Shown here: one piece after another, positions 45,799-54,978 of the stretch
How the letters are laid out: each line of letters begins with the position of its first letter
Numbering within the stretch: the stretch's first letter is position 1
From: a virus
Reading direction: 5' to 3' (one strand)
Virus record (IMG/VR): IMGVR_UViG_3300017971_000207
Span: 81,434 to 145,433 of that record
DNA: 64,000 nucleotides
Notes under the pieces: generated by a model
The model's input: the letters and a program-made list of their open reading frames with translations, nothing else
Told to the model about the DNA's origin: nothing
Databases searched by the model: none
Translations under genes and position numbers: made by a program

Positions 45799-48492
45799 AT
45801 GGGGTGTGAGGCTCGGTGGCTGTCCGAGAGGTATCTCCGACGGTGGGGGGCAGGCGGATGGGGGGAGCTAGCCGAGACGGTGGGGGTAACGGCCTCTGTG
45901 CCGGTGGGGTTGGGCGCGCTGGGTCACTCTGCGGACGAGTGGGCGGCTAGTGGAGGCTGGGACGAGTGGGTTGATGATGACGAGGGGGAGGGGTGTGCTG
46001 AGTGTGGGGACAAGGAGGGGGTAGAGGAGGCAGGCGAGGGGGGCGACGAGGCTGAGTATGATGAGGATTGCAGCTGCTTTGATGACGTAGGGGGCTGTGC
46101 GGATTGTGAGGAGGGGCTGTCGGTTGGGGGTCGAGATGGGGGAGGACTGTTCGAGGCTGGGGGGGTATCTGGTCCTGAGACACCGGCGGTGCTGTCGAAG
46201 ATAGGGGCGTATGTCCGGTCACATCAGAAGGACCCGATGATGGTGGCCATCAAGATCAAGCCGGGGGGCAAGGCGAAGCTGCTGGGGACGCTCAAGAAGG
46301 CTGGGTTTGACGTTGACGAGCTTGAGACGATGAGCACGGGGCAGCGCTTCATCGTGTTCATGAGCAAGAAGGAGCTGGCGCAGCTAGCCTCTGGGGTGAA
46401 GCCGAAGAAGGGTGCGGGGCCCGCCAAAAAGGGGGCGCGGGGGCCGAAGGGGGCGGCAGCAGCAGGCAAGGGGGAGGACCTGCCGAAGGCCCTTTCGGGC
46501 ATAGGGGCCTATCTACGGCCTCACATGAAGGACAAGTCTAAGGCCACGATCAAGATTGATGCCAAGAAGGAGGACGAGCTCCTAGGCGTCCTCGCGTCCA
46601 TGGGCTTCAACGTGGACAAGCTGGACACGATGAAGACAGGCCAGAGGTTCATGGTCTTCCTGGACCGCAAGGAGATGGAGGCCAAGTTTGCGGGCAAGAT
46701 GGACAAGCTGTGGGCCGCAGCGGGTGGGGTGGTCGTGGACAAGCTTGAGCCTACCGCCAACACCTACCTGGTTCTACCGTCGTCTAAGGGGCTGGGCTCC
46801 TGGACATTACCGAAGGGTAAGGTGGACGCGGGCGAGACGGCGAAGAAGGCAGCAGTCCGAGAGGTAGAGGAGGAGTCGGGCCTGAAGGCTAGCATCCTGC
46901 CGGGCGGATACCTAGGCAAGCACAAGGGCGACTACAGCCAGACCGAGTACTGGCTGATGCTGCGGAAGGGGGGCTCTCCCGCAAAGGCGGGCTGGGAGAC
47001 CAGCGAGGTGAAGGAGCTGCCGCTGGGTGCAGCGCTCGCACTGCTAAAGAAGGCTCGGGACATCCAGGTGATGACCAAGGCGATAAAGGTGCTGGCCAAG
47101 CTGTCGGGGTCGACGGAGGCCGAGGTGCTGGCGGCCGCGGGTGCTGCTGCGCAGCCCGAGAAGGTGGTGGTGGTCGGGATGCCTAAGCTCCAGAAGGAGC
47201 TGAAGGCCGTGGGAGGCTATCTACGGGCGCACGAGACCGACGCCAACATGATCGTCGTCAAGGCTCCGAAGGCGAACGCCAAGGCGCTGGAGGACCTGCT
47301 CAAGTCTCTCGGGCTGGATGTAGACAAGCTCAAGTCGGCGCTGGGGGCCAAGAACCTGATGTTCTTCGTGCCGAAGGAGCAGCTAGAGAAGGCCATCGGC
47401 GTTCCGATCAAGATTGCAGACCTCAAGGGCTCCGGGGCGGCCTCCGGGGTAGGGTTGGGTGCTACCGCAGCCGCAGGCGCGCTGGCTAAGCTGGCCAAGA
47501 AGCATGACCTACCAGCTCTGGGCGATACCGAGCCCTCGCACGTCGTCGATATTGGGGGCACCAAGGTCCGCTTCTACGGCTTCACGGACGAGATGATGGA
47601 CAAGACGGTCCCTGAGTTCCAAAAAGCCTACACGAAGCTCAAGCAGAAGGGGTTCGAGAAGGCTTGGGGTGGCCGCATCTACGTCTACCCGTTCGCTAAC
47701 GGAGGCACGCTGGGACGCTACGAGTACAAGTGGGATATGACCGAGCTGTGGAAGGGGATGGACACTGAGACGATCGTCCACGAGCTGGGGCACCGTTGGT
47801 GGTACAAAGGCATGACGAAGGCCAACCGATTCAAGTTCATCGATTGGATCGAAGCTCAAGCCAGGTATGGGGTTGAGCCGCTGAAGCCTGTCAGCGACTA
47901 TCCGTACAGGGCACACGGGCGGATGAAAAAGAAAGGAGGTAAGTGGGTCCCTGCTAGGAGAAAGTCCCCAGACTCCTGGGAGGCATTTGCCGAGGCGTTT
48001 GCCTACTACGTAATGGACAAGGAGATGGACCACCAGCAAAGGCTAACCTTTAAGCTTGTGACCAAGGGAGGACCCGTCGAGGCTCGCGAGGACGACACCC
48101 TGAAGGACCGCATACGGTCGCTGCTTAAAAGCTGGGAGGAGCCCCTGGCTGAGCGCCGCTTTGATGGCACCGGCCCGAGAGGCCGAGGCCCGAGGACTGG
48201 TCGGGGTCTAGGGCGCTGCGCCGCAGAGGACGGTCGAGGCTACGGCGGTGGCGAGATAGGCGATGACGAATGGGATGAGGAGGCGGACAGCCTGATGCGT
48301 GAGCGTAACCACGACGGTACGGGTCCCCGCGGCCGCGGGCCTCGAACCGGTCGAGGGCGCGGCCTCTGTCCGGATGAGGAGGATGCTCTGACCGCCGCCG
48401 TCCGTAAGATTGTAACTACCGAGGAGGAGGAGCCCTTCTCCTTCGAGATAGAGCTAGGGGACGACGGCGCCTTCGAATGGGAGCGCCACTAG
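45799..48492 (+). CDS. Multidomain protein: repeats, Nudix hydrolase, zincin motif, two DUF5320-like motifs
   Basis: Nudix box GKVDAGETAKKAAVREVEEESGL; IVHELGH; DGTGPRGRGPRTGRG twice; three G.Y.R.H repeats; start uncertain. Confidence 0.8.
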   Translation: MGCEARWLSERYLRRWGAGGWGELAETVGVTASVPVGLGALGHSADEWAASGGWDEWVDDDEGEGCAECGDKEGVEEAGEGGDEAEYDEDCSCFDDVGGCADCEEGLSVGGRDGGGLFEAGGVSGPETPAVLSKIGAYVRSHQKDPMMVAIKIKPGGKAKLLGTLKKAGFDVDELETMSTGQRFIVFMSKKELAQLASGVKPKKGAGPAKKGARGPKGAAAAGKGEDLPKALSGIGAYLRPHMKDKSKATIKIDAKKEDELLGVLASMGFNVDKLDTMKTGQRFMVFLDRKEMEAKFAGKMDKLWAAAGGVVVDKLEPTANTYLVLPSSKGLGSWTLPKGKVDAGETAKKAAVREVEEESGLKASILPGGYLGKHKGDYSQTEYWLMLRKGGSPAKAGWETSEVKELPLGAALALLKKARDIQVMTKAIKVLAKLSGSTEAEVLAAAGAAAQPEKVVVVGMPKLQKELKAVGGYLRAHETDANMIVVKAPKANAKALEDLLKSLGLDVDKLKSALGAKNLMFFVPKEQLEKAIGVPIKIADLKGSGAASGVGLGATAAAGALAKLAKKHDLPALGDTEPSHVVDIGGTKVRFYGFTDEMMDKTVPEFQKAYTKLKQKGFEKAWGGRIYVYPFANGGTLGRYEYKWDMTELWKGMDTETIVHELGHRWWYKGMTKANRFKFIDWIEAQARYGVEPLKPVSDYPYRAHGRMKKKGGKWVPARRKSPDSWEAFAEAFAYYVMDKEMDHQQRLTFKLVTKGGPVEAREDDTLKDRIRSLLKSWEEPLAERRFDGTGPRGRGPRTGRGLGRCAAEDGRGYGGGEIGDDEWDEEADSLMRERNHDGTGPRGRGPRTGRGRGLCPDEEDALTAAVRKIVTTEEEEPFSFEIELGDDGAFEWERH

Positions 48493-48628
48493 CCACCACC
48501 CCCTGACAATCCCCAAACAATGTGTATGGTGTTTCTACGATCAGCACCGGCGGTGAGATTCGGGGTGGGAGGTGTGCTAGGGAGGCTGGGGCTGGTATAG
48601 TGCGATGGTACTCTACAGGTAGGTGATC

Positions 48629-50593
48629 ATGAGTCTAGAGGAGCAGATTAAGGACATCAAAGGGCTGCTGGCCGCGGTCGAGAAGATCAAAAAGGACGCA
48701 GAGCCTCCCGTCGCAGAGCCTGAGCCTACCACCGCTCCGGCAGCAGTGCCGACGGCTGCGCCAGAGCCCGAGGCTAAGACCTTCAAGACGAGCACGACCT
48801 ACGACCTCACCACGCTCATGCACATGGTGTACGGGGAAAATGGGGTGAGCATTGCTGACCTACACACGTCCACCGCGGGCTTCACCTCTGCCGAGGAGTG
48901 GTATGAGAGCCCCAACGCGCAGAAGTTCCTCGTCCAGACGCTCTCGGACAACGAGGGCACCGTCTTCCAGTGGCTAACCGACGCAAAGGCTGAGACGGAC
49001 ATCCCCGCGTTTGTCGACACAGCTCACATGGTCAAGAGCCACGAGGATTGGGTGCCACAGCTGATAGCGCGAGTGACGGGAAAGAAGGGCCTCAAGGCGG
49101 CCGTCACGGACTTCATCACGGGGCTGGGCGGACAGATCGTCTACGCTGGTGAGCAGGACCTCGACCCAGACGACGCAGCGTACGGCGAAGGATCAATCTA
49201 CGAGGTCGAGGCAGACTTCTGGGAGCCCGCCGGCAAGGTGCTTAAGGATGTGATCGCGAGCGCTGTCGACAAGGCTATAGCAGCTTCCAAGGCTATAGCT
49301 ACCGGAGCGATCAAGCTGCCGCTGAGCAAGGTTGTGGACGCTCTTGCCACAGGCGACTACGAGCCCCTAGCCAAAGGCGCCGTATTGATGGGCGCCAAGG
49401 CGCGCCAGATGCTTCGTAAAGCCTTCTCAAAGGCGCAGGCGGACAACGATCTCTCCGCAGCGCTAGAGCTGGCCAAGCTCCTAGCCACAGCCCACGGCGC
49501 AAACCAACACCCCACCATCGCCAAGAAGTGGAAGGATAAGGCCGCCGACATAGAGGCTCAGCTGGCGGCAGCAGAGCCCGAGCCCGCAGCAGAGCCTGAG
49601 CCTGCACCTGCCGCCGTCTCCACAGGCGAGAGCCTAAAGACGCTGCTGCCAAAGGCGTACGCTGAGAGCGACGGCGAGGCCATTCTAACGAAGGGGATGG
49701 AGGGCTTCACAAGCCTAGAGGGGTGGTACAAGAACATAGCGGCCCGACGGACAATGACGCGGCTGATGGTGTATGCGCCCAAGGCGGTCACCGCCTGGTT
49801 GGAGAGCGCCACCGACGCCCTCACCGTCTACGTGGACGATGCTGAGATGATCTACGGGGATGACGGGCAGCCTGAGCTATCCGCCAACATGACGGGCCTC
49901 GCCGGCCTGAAGGAGACCATCCAGGATCTTCTAACCAAGATGGGTGCTGACTCCACATACGTCTACGAGAAGGACCTACCCCCCGACGACGTGGGCTCAG
50001 ATGCGGGCTCCGCATACGAGGTCACGGCCGTGTTCAACGAGTCCCCAGAGGCCACGCTGAAGGCCGCTCTCGGGCCCGAGATTGAGGCTGTGGCCGCCAA
50101 GGTGTTTGCTGATGGAGAGTCGGAGCTAGCCCCGATGACACCAGCAGAGGTAGCCAAGGCTATAGCAGCAGGCGATTACGACACCCTTGAGAAGGGCGCC
50201 CCCCTCCTCAGCACCGAGGCTCGCTTGGAGGTCCACAAAGCCCTCATCCAAGCGAAGGATAGCGGCGACCTGATAACAGCAGCCAAGCTTGCGACCATCA
50301 TGGCCATAGCCATGGACGCAAAGGGCAATGCCCTCGCCGCAGCTGAGTGGAAGGCGCAGGCTGCGGAGCTCAAGCAGCAGGCAGCAGACGCAGTGCCCGA
50401 GGAGCCTGCAGAGCCTCCCAAAAAGAAGACGATCGCCTCACCTACACCCAAGCCGGTCCTACCCAACCTACCGGCAGGCGCCAAGTCTCGCACGTGGCAG
50501 TTCGCTGGCACCTACGTGCGGCTAGCAGACGGTACGTGGGTCACCGAGGCGGAGCTCAAGAAGATAGATGAGCTGGCCGCCAAGCCCGCCTGA
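48629..50593 (+). CDS. Ala-rich protein with a duplicated ~260 aa module and leader
   Basis: MSLEEQIKDIKGLL; GFTS.E.WY..DL.PDD..GS.YEV.A.F..GDY..L.KGA twice. Confidence 0.8.
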   Translation: MSLEEQIKDIKGLLAAVEKIKKDAEPPVAEPEPTTAPAAVPTAAPEPEAKTFKTSTTYDLTTLMHMVYGENGVSIADLHTSTAGFTSAEEWYESPNAQKFLVQTLSDNEGTVFQWLTDAKAETDIPAFVDTAHMVKSHEDWVPQLIARVTGKKGLKAAVTDFITGLGGQIVYAGEQDLDPDDAAYGEGSIYEVEADFWEPAGKVLKDVIASAVDKAIAASKAIATGAIKLPLSKVVDALATGDYEPLAKGAVLMGAKARQMLRKAFSKAQADNDLSAALELAKLLATAHGANQHPTIAKKWKDKAADIEAQLAAAEPEPAAEPEPAPAAVSTGESLKTLLPKAYAESDGEAILTKGMEGFTSLEGWYKNIAARRTMTRLMVYAPKAVTAWLESATDALTVYVDDAEMIYGDDGQPELSANMTGLAGLKETIQDLLTKMGADSTYVYEKDLPPDDVGSDAGSAYEVTAVFNESPEATLKAALGPEIEAVAAKVFADGESELAPMTPAEVAKAIAAGDYDTLEKGAPLLSTEARLEVHKALIQAKDSGDLITAAKLATIMAIAMDAKGNALAAAEWKAQAAELKQQAADAVPEEPAEPPKKKTIASPTPKPVLPNLPAGAKSRTWQFAGTYVRLADGTWVTEAELKKIDELAAKPA

Positions 50594-50621
50594 TAAGTTT
50601 GCGACCACGTGGTCGCACCCA

Positions 50622-51497
50622 CTAGGTGCTGTAGAGCTGCTGTGCAGGACACGGAGCAGTGGGCAAAGCTTGGAGGGCCGTCGTCCGAGAGGTGCTCGCC
50701 CACAGCTTCTGTAGGGGGGCATCGTGGACCGACCCTAGCGTGAACGGCTCCCAGACGCCCTTCAGAGCCTCGCAGGGGAGCACCCGACCGTCGGGCTGGA
50801 TTAGGAGGCGCGAGGCCGCCTGACAGCCCGCGGCGCCCAGGAACGGGGCACCTAGCCGCACGCCTGCACCAGAGGCGAAGGCTGTGATGCGCTGGGTCAG
50901 CCCGTCGGTTAGCTCTAGCTCGGGGCGTGCCGCCGCTCCGCGGCCCTGGGGGACAAAGCGCAGCAGCGAGACCTGGGTCAGCTTGAGGGCTCGGGCACAC
51001 TCAACATAGGTGGGGAGCTGAGCGACGGTGAGCAGCAGGGGGGTGTGCTGAGCCTCCACCTTGAGGTGCAAGCTTTGGGCGCGCTCGATCGTATCGATTG
51101 GCTGTCGGACGGTAGCCTCGGAACGTGCGATGCGCCGGTAGGTGCTGGCGCGGAAGGACGGGATACCGAGGATGAGCTGGGTCCTGGTCGCGCGAACGGT
51201 GTCAAGGATGTCGAGGGATAGGGGCTCGTAGGTGTCCGAGACACCACAGGAGTAGAGCCGTAGCTTGAGCCCCAAGCTGTGACCATGCTGGAGGATGTCG
51301 GGCAAGCCTGGATGTAGGGTTGGCTCTCCGCCTGATATCGCGGCGGTCGTCGCCCCAAGCTCTCGGGCCTCAGTGAGAACTCGGCACACCGTCGCGGTGT
51401 CGAGATGCGTGGTAGCGTCGGGTCCCCCCTCCGTCGAGCAATAGACGCAGCGGTTGGGGCAGCGCTGCGTCAGCTCGATCGTCAGCTCCTTGAGCAT
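50622..51497 (-). CDS. Radical SAM protein with SPASM/twitch-like C-terminus
   Basis: CPNRCVYC, SGGEP, C..RLLIQPDG.VLPC. Confidence 0.9.
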   Translation of the reverse strand: MLKELTIELTQRCPNRCVYCSTEGGPDATTHLDTATVCRVLTEARELGATTAAISGGEPTLHPGLPDILQHGHSLGLKLRLYSCGVSDTYEPLSLDILDTVRATRTQLILGIPSFRASTYRRIARSEATVRQPIDTIERAQSLHLKVEAQHTPLLLTVAQLPTYVECARALKLTQVSLLRFVPQGRGAAARPELELTDGLTQRITAFASGAGVRLGAPFLGAAGCQAASRLLIQPDGRVLPCEALKGVWEPFTLGSVHDAPLQKLWASTSRTTALQALPTAPCPAQQLYST

Positions 51498-51517
51498 GCT
51501 CTAAAGATTCTCGGCCC

Positions 51518-52027
51518 TCAGAGCCTCGGGATGACGCGCCAGAGGTCCGCTCCGGCCTCGTCGTACCCCATACGATGCAGCACCTTAGCAGTGACGTCCA
51601 CGAGACCCTTCACCTTCTTCATATCCTCAAGAACTCCAGGGTTGTGTGTGATCTGCCGATACATCCCATTAGCCTCCTGCCAGACAGACCGCACAAAGGC
51701 TACAAGGTTGTCGATCGCTGTGAACTCCGAGGTAGGGGCCTTGTCGCGCCACCGGGTGCTCCACGCTTCAAGGGCTTTCCCCTCCTGGACGTTACCCTGG
51801 AGCTTCAGCATCCCACCGAGGTAGGCCATTGCCCAGTTGAGGTAGCGCGCCACCTCCTTAGACTTACCTCTACGCGCAGCCTTCGTAGCGAGGTTGAGAT
51901 TGTCTCGGACGTCTGCGAACCAGTCCGCGGGGCCTTCGGAAGGCTCCTCGTACTCCATAGAGTCGCTACCCTCCAACTCCAACAGCCGACGGCACTCCTC
52001 AAGCTTCCTGTTCAATGCTCGGTTCAT
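51518..52027 (-). CDS. Leader-bearing helical protein (paralog of 24778/25341)
   Basis: MNRALNRKLEECRRLLE; KALEAW; GY..AGADL. Confidence 0.75.
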   Translation of the reverse strand: MNRALNRKLEECRRLLELEGSDSMEYEEPSEGPADWFADVRDNLNLATKAARRGKSKEVARYLNWAMAYLGGMLKLQGNVQEGKALEAWSTRWRDKAPTSEFTAIDNLVAFVRSVWQEANGMYRQITHNPGVLEDMKKVKGLVDVTAKVLHRMGYDEAGADLWRVIPRL

Positions 52028-52096
52028 GTGTTCTCTCTCTCTCCGTAACGGTTAGCGGGATCGCGGAGGCAGTCTATCAATCCAGCATGTAGAATG

Positions 52097-52459
52097 CTAG
52101 CCGACCTTCTTCTGCCAAAGCCTGTCGGCGTCGTTGAAGATGCGCTTGATATCTGATAGGTCTGAGTAGTCGTACTCGTGGCGGGCGATCGAGGTCTCGT
52201 CTCGGCCGAGGGACAGGTAGGCCATACCGTCGCTCATGCTCCCGTCCAGCACGTCCTCCAGGTCAAACAGCGTGACGGACATCGAGTGACCCTCCGGGCC
52301 ACGGAAGACCGCTGTTGTGATCTCGTCGTCCTCGTGCACCTCCCACCCAGGCCCAGCAATCCGCTGGAGCTGCTGGGCAGCACTCGCCTCATGAAGGTCC
52401 TCCGCACCCTCCAGGATGGAACGGACCTCCTCCAGCTTCGCATTCAGCTCACGGTTCAT
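52097..52459 (-). CDS. Leader-bearing hypothetical protein
   Basis: MNRELNAKLEEVRSILEGAEDLHEA. Confidence 0.75.
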   Translation of the reverse strand: MNRELNAKLEEVRSILEGAEDLHEASAAQQLQRIAGPGWEVHEDDEITTAVFRGPEGHSMSVTLFDLEDVLDGSMSDGMAYLSLGRDETSIARHEYDYSDLSDIKRIFNDADRLWQKKVG

Positions 52460-52502
52460 TGATCGTACTCTCCTCCACAGTCACAAGATCTTGGGCAGTC
52501 TA

Positions 52503-52727
52503 TCACCCTCTCGGACAACGTACTAGCTCAGCCGCACGCAGCTCATTAGCAAAGTGCTGGTGCACACGACGCACCTCACGTCGTACCACCCTAGGGTCTC
52601 CCTGGATACGCCGAGCGGTCCGTCGACCGCTGCGATGTAGCGTGATGACGGTAGCCTCCACAGCCTGAGCCCGCTCATTGAAGCGGGTATGCTCGACGGT
52701 GTACGAAAGGACAGGATCCTCCGACAT
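52503..52727 (-). CDS. Hypothetical protein
   Basis: Fills operon gap; start uncertain. Confidence 0.45.
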   Translation of the reverse strand: MSEDPVLSYTVEHTRFNERAQAVEATVITLHRSGRRTARRIQGDPRVVRREVRRVHQHFANELRAAELVRCPRG

Positions 52728-52753
52728 CAGAGCTCTTAGCGACCACGTGGTCG

Positions 52754-53281
52754 CTAATCCCCCGTAACCTCGAACGGATCTAAGGCGCCCATAGGCCACG
52801 TTCCTCGGGGCCCGCGACGGTCCAGAGCAAACTCCGTTGGCAGCTCCGCTGGGTCTTCTCCAGGCTCCTCGGGAGATGTCGATCGCGACCAACGCCTGGG
52901 CGGGGGAACAGGCTCTCCAGCTGCTGCAGCCTCTCGCCGTCGACGCTCATAACGCGCCTGCTCCTGAAAGACGACTAGCGCATTGCGCACTGTAGCTAAG
53001 ACCTTAATAACGTTGATGCCGTGCGCCTTATCACGATCGAGGCCACGGAGCACATCGCTCATATTCTCCACCTCATGCTGGAGTGCGCGAAGAAAGGTGG
53101 CCTCATCCCGGCTTCTCACAGAGCTCCGCACCCCGACTCCGAGCGGCGCCACCAGCTTACCTATCTTCTGCCAATCGATCACGTGCTCCCGCCGTCGCAC
53201 GTCCTCAAGAAGCGCGCGCCCCGCCTGCAGCTCAAGAGCGGCCCGACAAACCCGCAGCACTCTGTTGGTCTCTGGTGTCAT
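52754..53281 (-). CDS. Leader-bearing hypothetical protein
   Basis: MTPETNRVLRVCRAALE..LLE; paralog of next ORF. Confidence 0.7.
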   Translation of the reverse strand: MTPETNRVLRVCRAALELQAGRALLEDVRRREHVIDWQKIGKLVAPLGVGVRSSVRSRDEATFLRALQHEVENMSDVLRGLDRDKAHGINVIKVLATVRNALVVFQEQARYERRRREAAAAGEPVPPPRRWSRSTSPEEPGEDPAELPTEFALDRRGPRGTWPMGALDPFEVTGD

Positions 53282-53292
53282 GGTTGGGTCCC

Positions 53293-53865
53293 TCACCTCC
53301 GGCGCGGCCTTGTGGCTGCGTGGCTTTGACTGGTGGACCAGCTCCCCGAGCTGTGCCGCTCTCCTGGGTACATGGTGGTCAACTGCGACGGGGTCCGCTG
53401 AGACCGAGGAGGTCTAATCCGAGTAGAGGGGCCACTTACCGACGGCGACCTCCCTCGCACCCCACGCCGCGGAGGCGGGGGGGCCTGCCCGCGTCGGCGC
53501 GCGGGAGGCACGCGAGCATCGCCGCGCTCTTCTGCATCCCACCGAGCCTGCCGCGCAAGCTCCGATACCGCCGTAGACGCCGCCATAAGCTCCCGATTAA
53601 AATCGTGGCCTTCCCAGGTGTCGCGATATACGCCCTGCCCTCCTAAGAGGGCGCGGATCTTATCCACCTCTTTTTGCAGAGCATAGAGAAGGTAGTCCTC
53701 CGATTCGTGCTCCGCTGCGTGCCTAGCCTCCGCGCCCAGCGGTCCGACAAGCCTTCTTATGCGATTCCACTGCGGAGCCGGCTTAGCTTCGCAAAGGCTC
53801 CGGTGTTGACCTACCTCTAGCAGGACTACGCAAGCTCGCAGCACCGTATTCATCTCTGGGGTCAT
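53293..53865 (-). CDS. Leader-bearing hypothetical protein
   Basis: MTPEMNTVLRACVVLLE..LCEA; W..I..LV.PLG..ALQ.EV shared. Confidence 0.7.
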   Translation of the reverse strand: MTPEMNTVLRACVVLLEVGQHRSLCEAKPAPQWNRIRRLVGPLGAEARHAAEHESEDYLLYALQKEVDKIRALLGGQGVYRDTWEGHDFNRELMAASTAVSELARQARWDAEERGDARVPPARRRGQAPPPPRRGVRGRSPSVSGPSTRIRPPRSQRTPSQLTTMYPGERHSSGSWSTSQSHAATRPRRR

Positions 53866-54151
53866 CGCAGCAACCATCTCCTCTTAGGTGGATCACAGAC
53901 CCACGAGAACGGGGCTTCCCACGCCGAGGCTTATGGCAGCCTACCACCTCGGCACCTTGGGCTTCAACCCCAGACGTCGCTCCTCCTCAGCCATCCGTTG
54001 CTCGACCACATCAACCCAGAAGGAACGATCTGGCTCGGGGAGCGCGTTAGCTTTAGCGAGCGCCTGCGCGTACCACCGCCACAGCTTGGTCATCTCGTCC
54101 TCCTCGTCCATGGGTCACGACCCGCAGACGTAACGAGGCTGCCCCCTAAGA

Positions 54152-54604
54152 TCAAGCCTCTGATGGTGGGGGCTCGGAGGGCTTCTCCTCCGTAAGCTCC
54201 TTGGGACCCTCCTCGGGCTTATTCAGCGGCTTGGTGGGGTCCGCAGGCCCTGGCGTTAGGTCTATCCCCGTCTTCTTCTTGACGGCCTTCCGAAGGACCT
54301 TGTACAGGAAGCTGCTGAACCACCCCACGATCACGCCCCACACAGCCGCCCCTCCAACCGTCTTAAGGTTGGCCAGGTAGTCCGAGCTGTAATGCTTGAC
54401 ACCAGCAGCGATACCCGCTCCTACCAGGACGGGCAGCAGGTAAAGCAGAACTCCCGTCCACCACCGCCCAAAAGCGTTCTCGGGGTCCTTCGCCTTGGGA
54501 TAGGCGAGCTCTACCACGCGCCTGACGAAGAAGGTGACGATCACGACCAACACCGAGAGGTATATGGTCTCGGCTTTCACTAGCTGTGAGAAGACCTCAT
54601 CCAT
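54152..54604 (-). CDS. Membrane protein, holin-like candidate
   Basis: Three TM helices, basic then Pro/Glu-rich tail. Confidence 0.6.
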   Translation of the reverse strand: MDEVFSQLVKAETIYLSVLVVIVTFFVRRVVELAYPKAKDPENAFGRWWTGVLLYLLPVLVGAGIAAGVKHYSSDYLANLKTVGGAAVWGVIVGWFSSFLYKVLRKAVKKKTGIDLTPGPADPTKPLNKPEEGPKELTEEKPSEPPPSEA

Positions 54605-54659
54605 CCCCCATAGATAGCACATTCCCTCGGACACCTGCAGCTGTGCTACCAGGGAGCAC

Positions 54660-54911
54660 CTAGCGTGATAGGCGTTTGCTGGGGCTTGCGGGGCGTACGG
54701 GCCCGCAGCGCACCACGATAACCCGGAAGCCCTCCCACGTCTCGGGGACGGGGTTGCGCCACCCTTTGGGGACGTAGGCGCACAGGGTAGGCTCCCCGTG
54801 CTCATCCTCCCCCACCCCCACGAACCTCGGACTCCGCGCGGTGCCGGGGCAACCTAGCTTCCTCCCCAAGCTATGGGCGGCCTGCTCCTGCTTAGTCTCT
54901 AGCGGGCTCAT
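54660..54911 (-). CDS. Hypothetical protein
   Basis: VGVG..L..YV..VP..WEG..V pattern. Confidence 0.5.
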   Translation of the reverse strand: MSPLETKQEQAAHSLGRKLGCPGTARSPRFVGVGEDEHGEPTLCAYVPKGWRNPVPETWEGFRVIVVRCGPVRPASPSKRLSR

Positions 54912-54978
54912 GACAAGCTGTGCGCCATCCGTCTCTGGGCCTTCTCGCCTAGGTTGTACCCACGCTTCCTGCTCATTC

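Noticed and set aside
33942-52757. Palindromes as integron attC sites
   Set aside because: Conservation is at the centre rather than at RYYYAAC/GTTRRRY ends, sites are too short, and no integron integrase is in the window.
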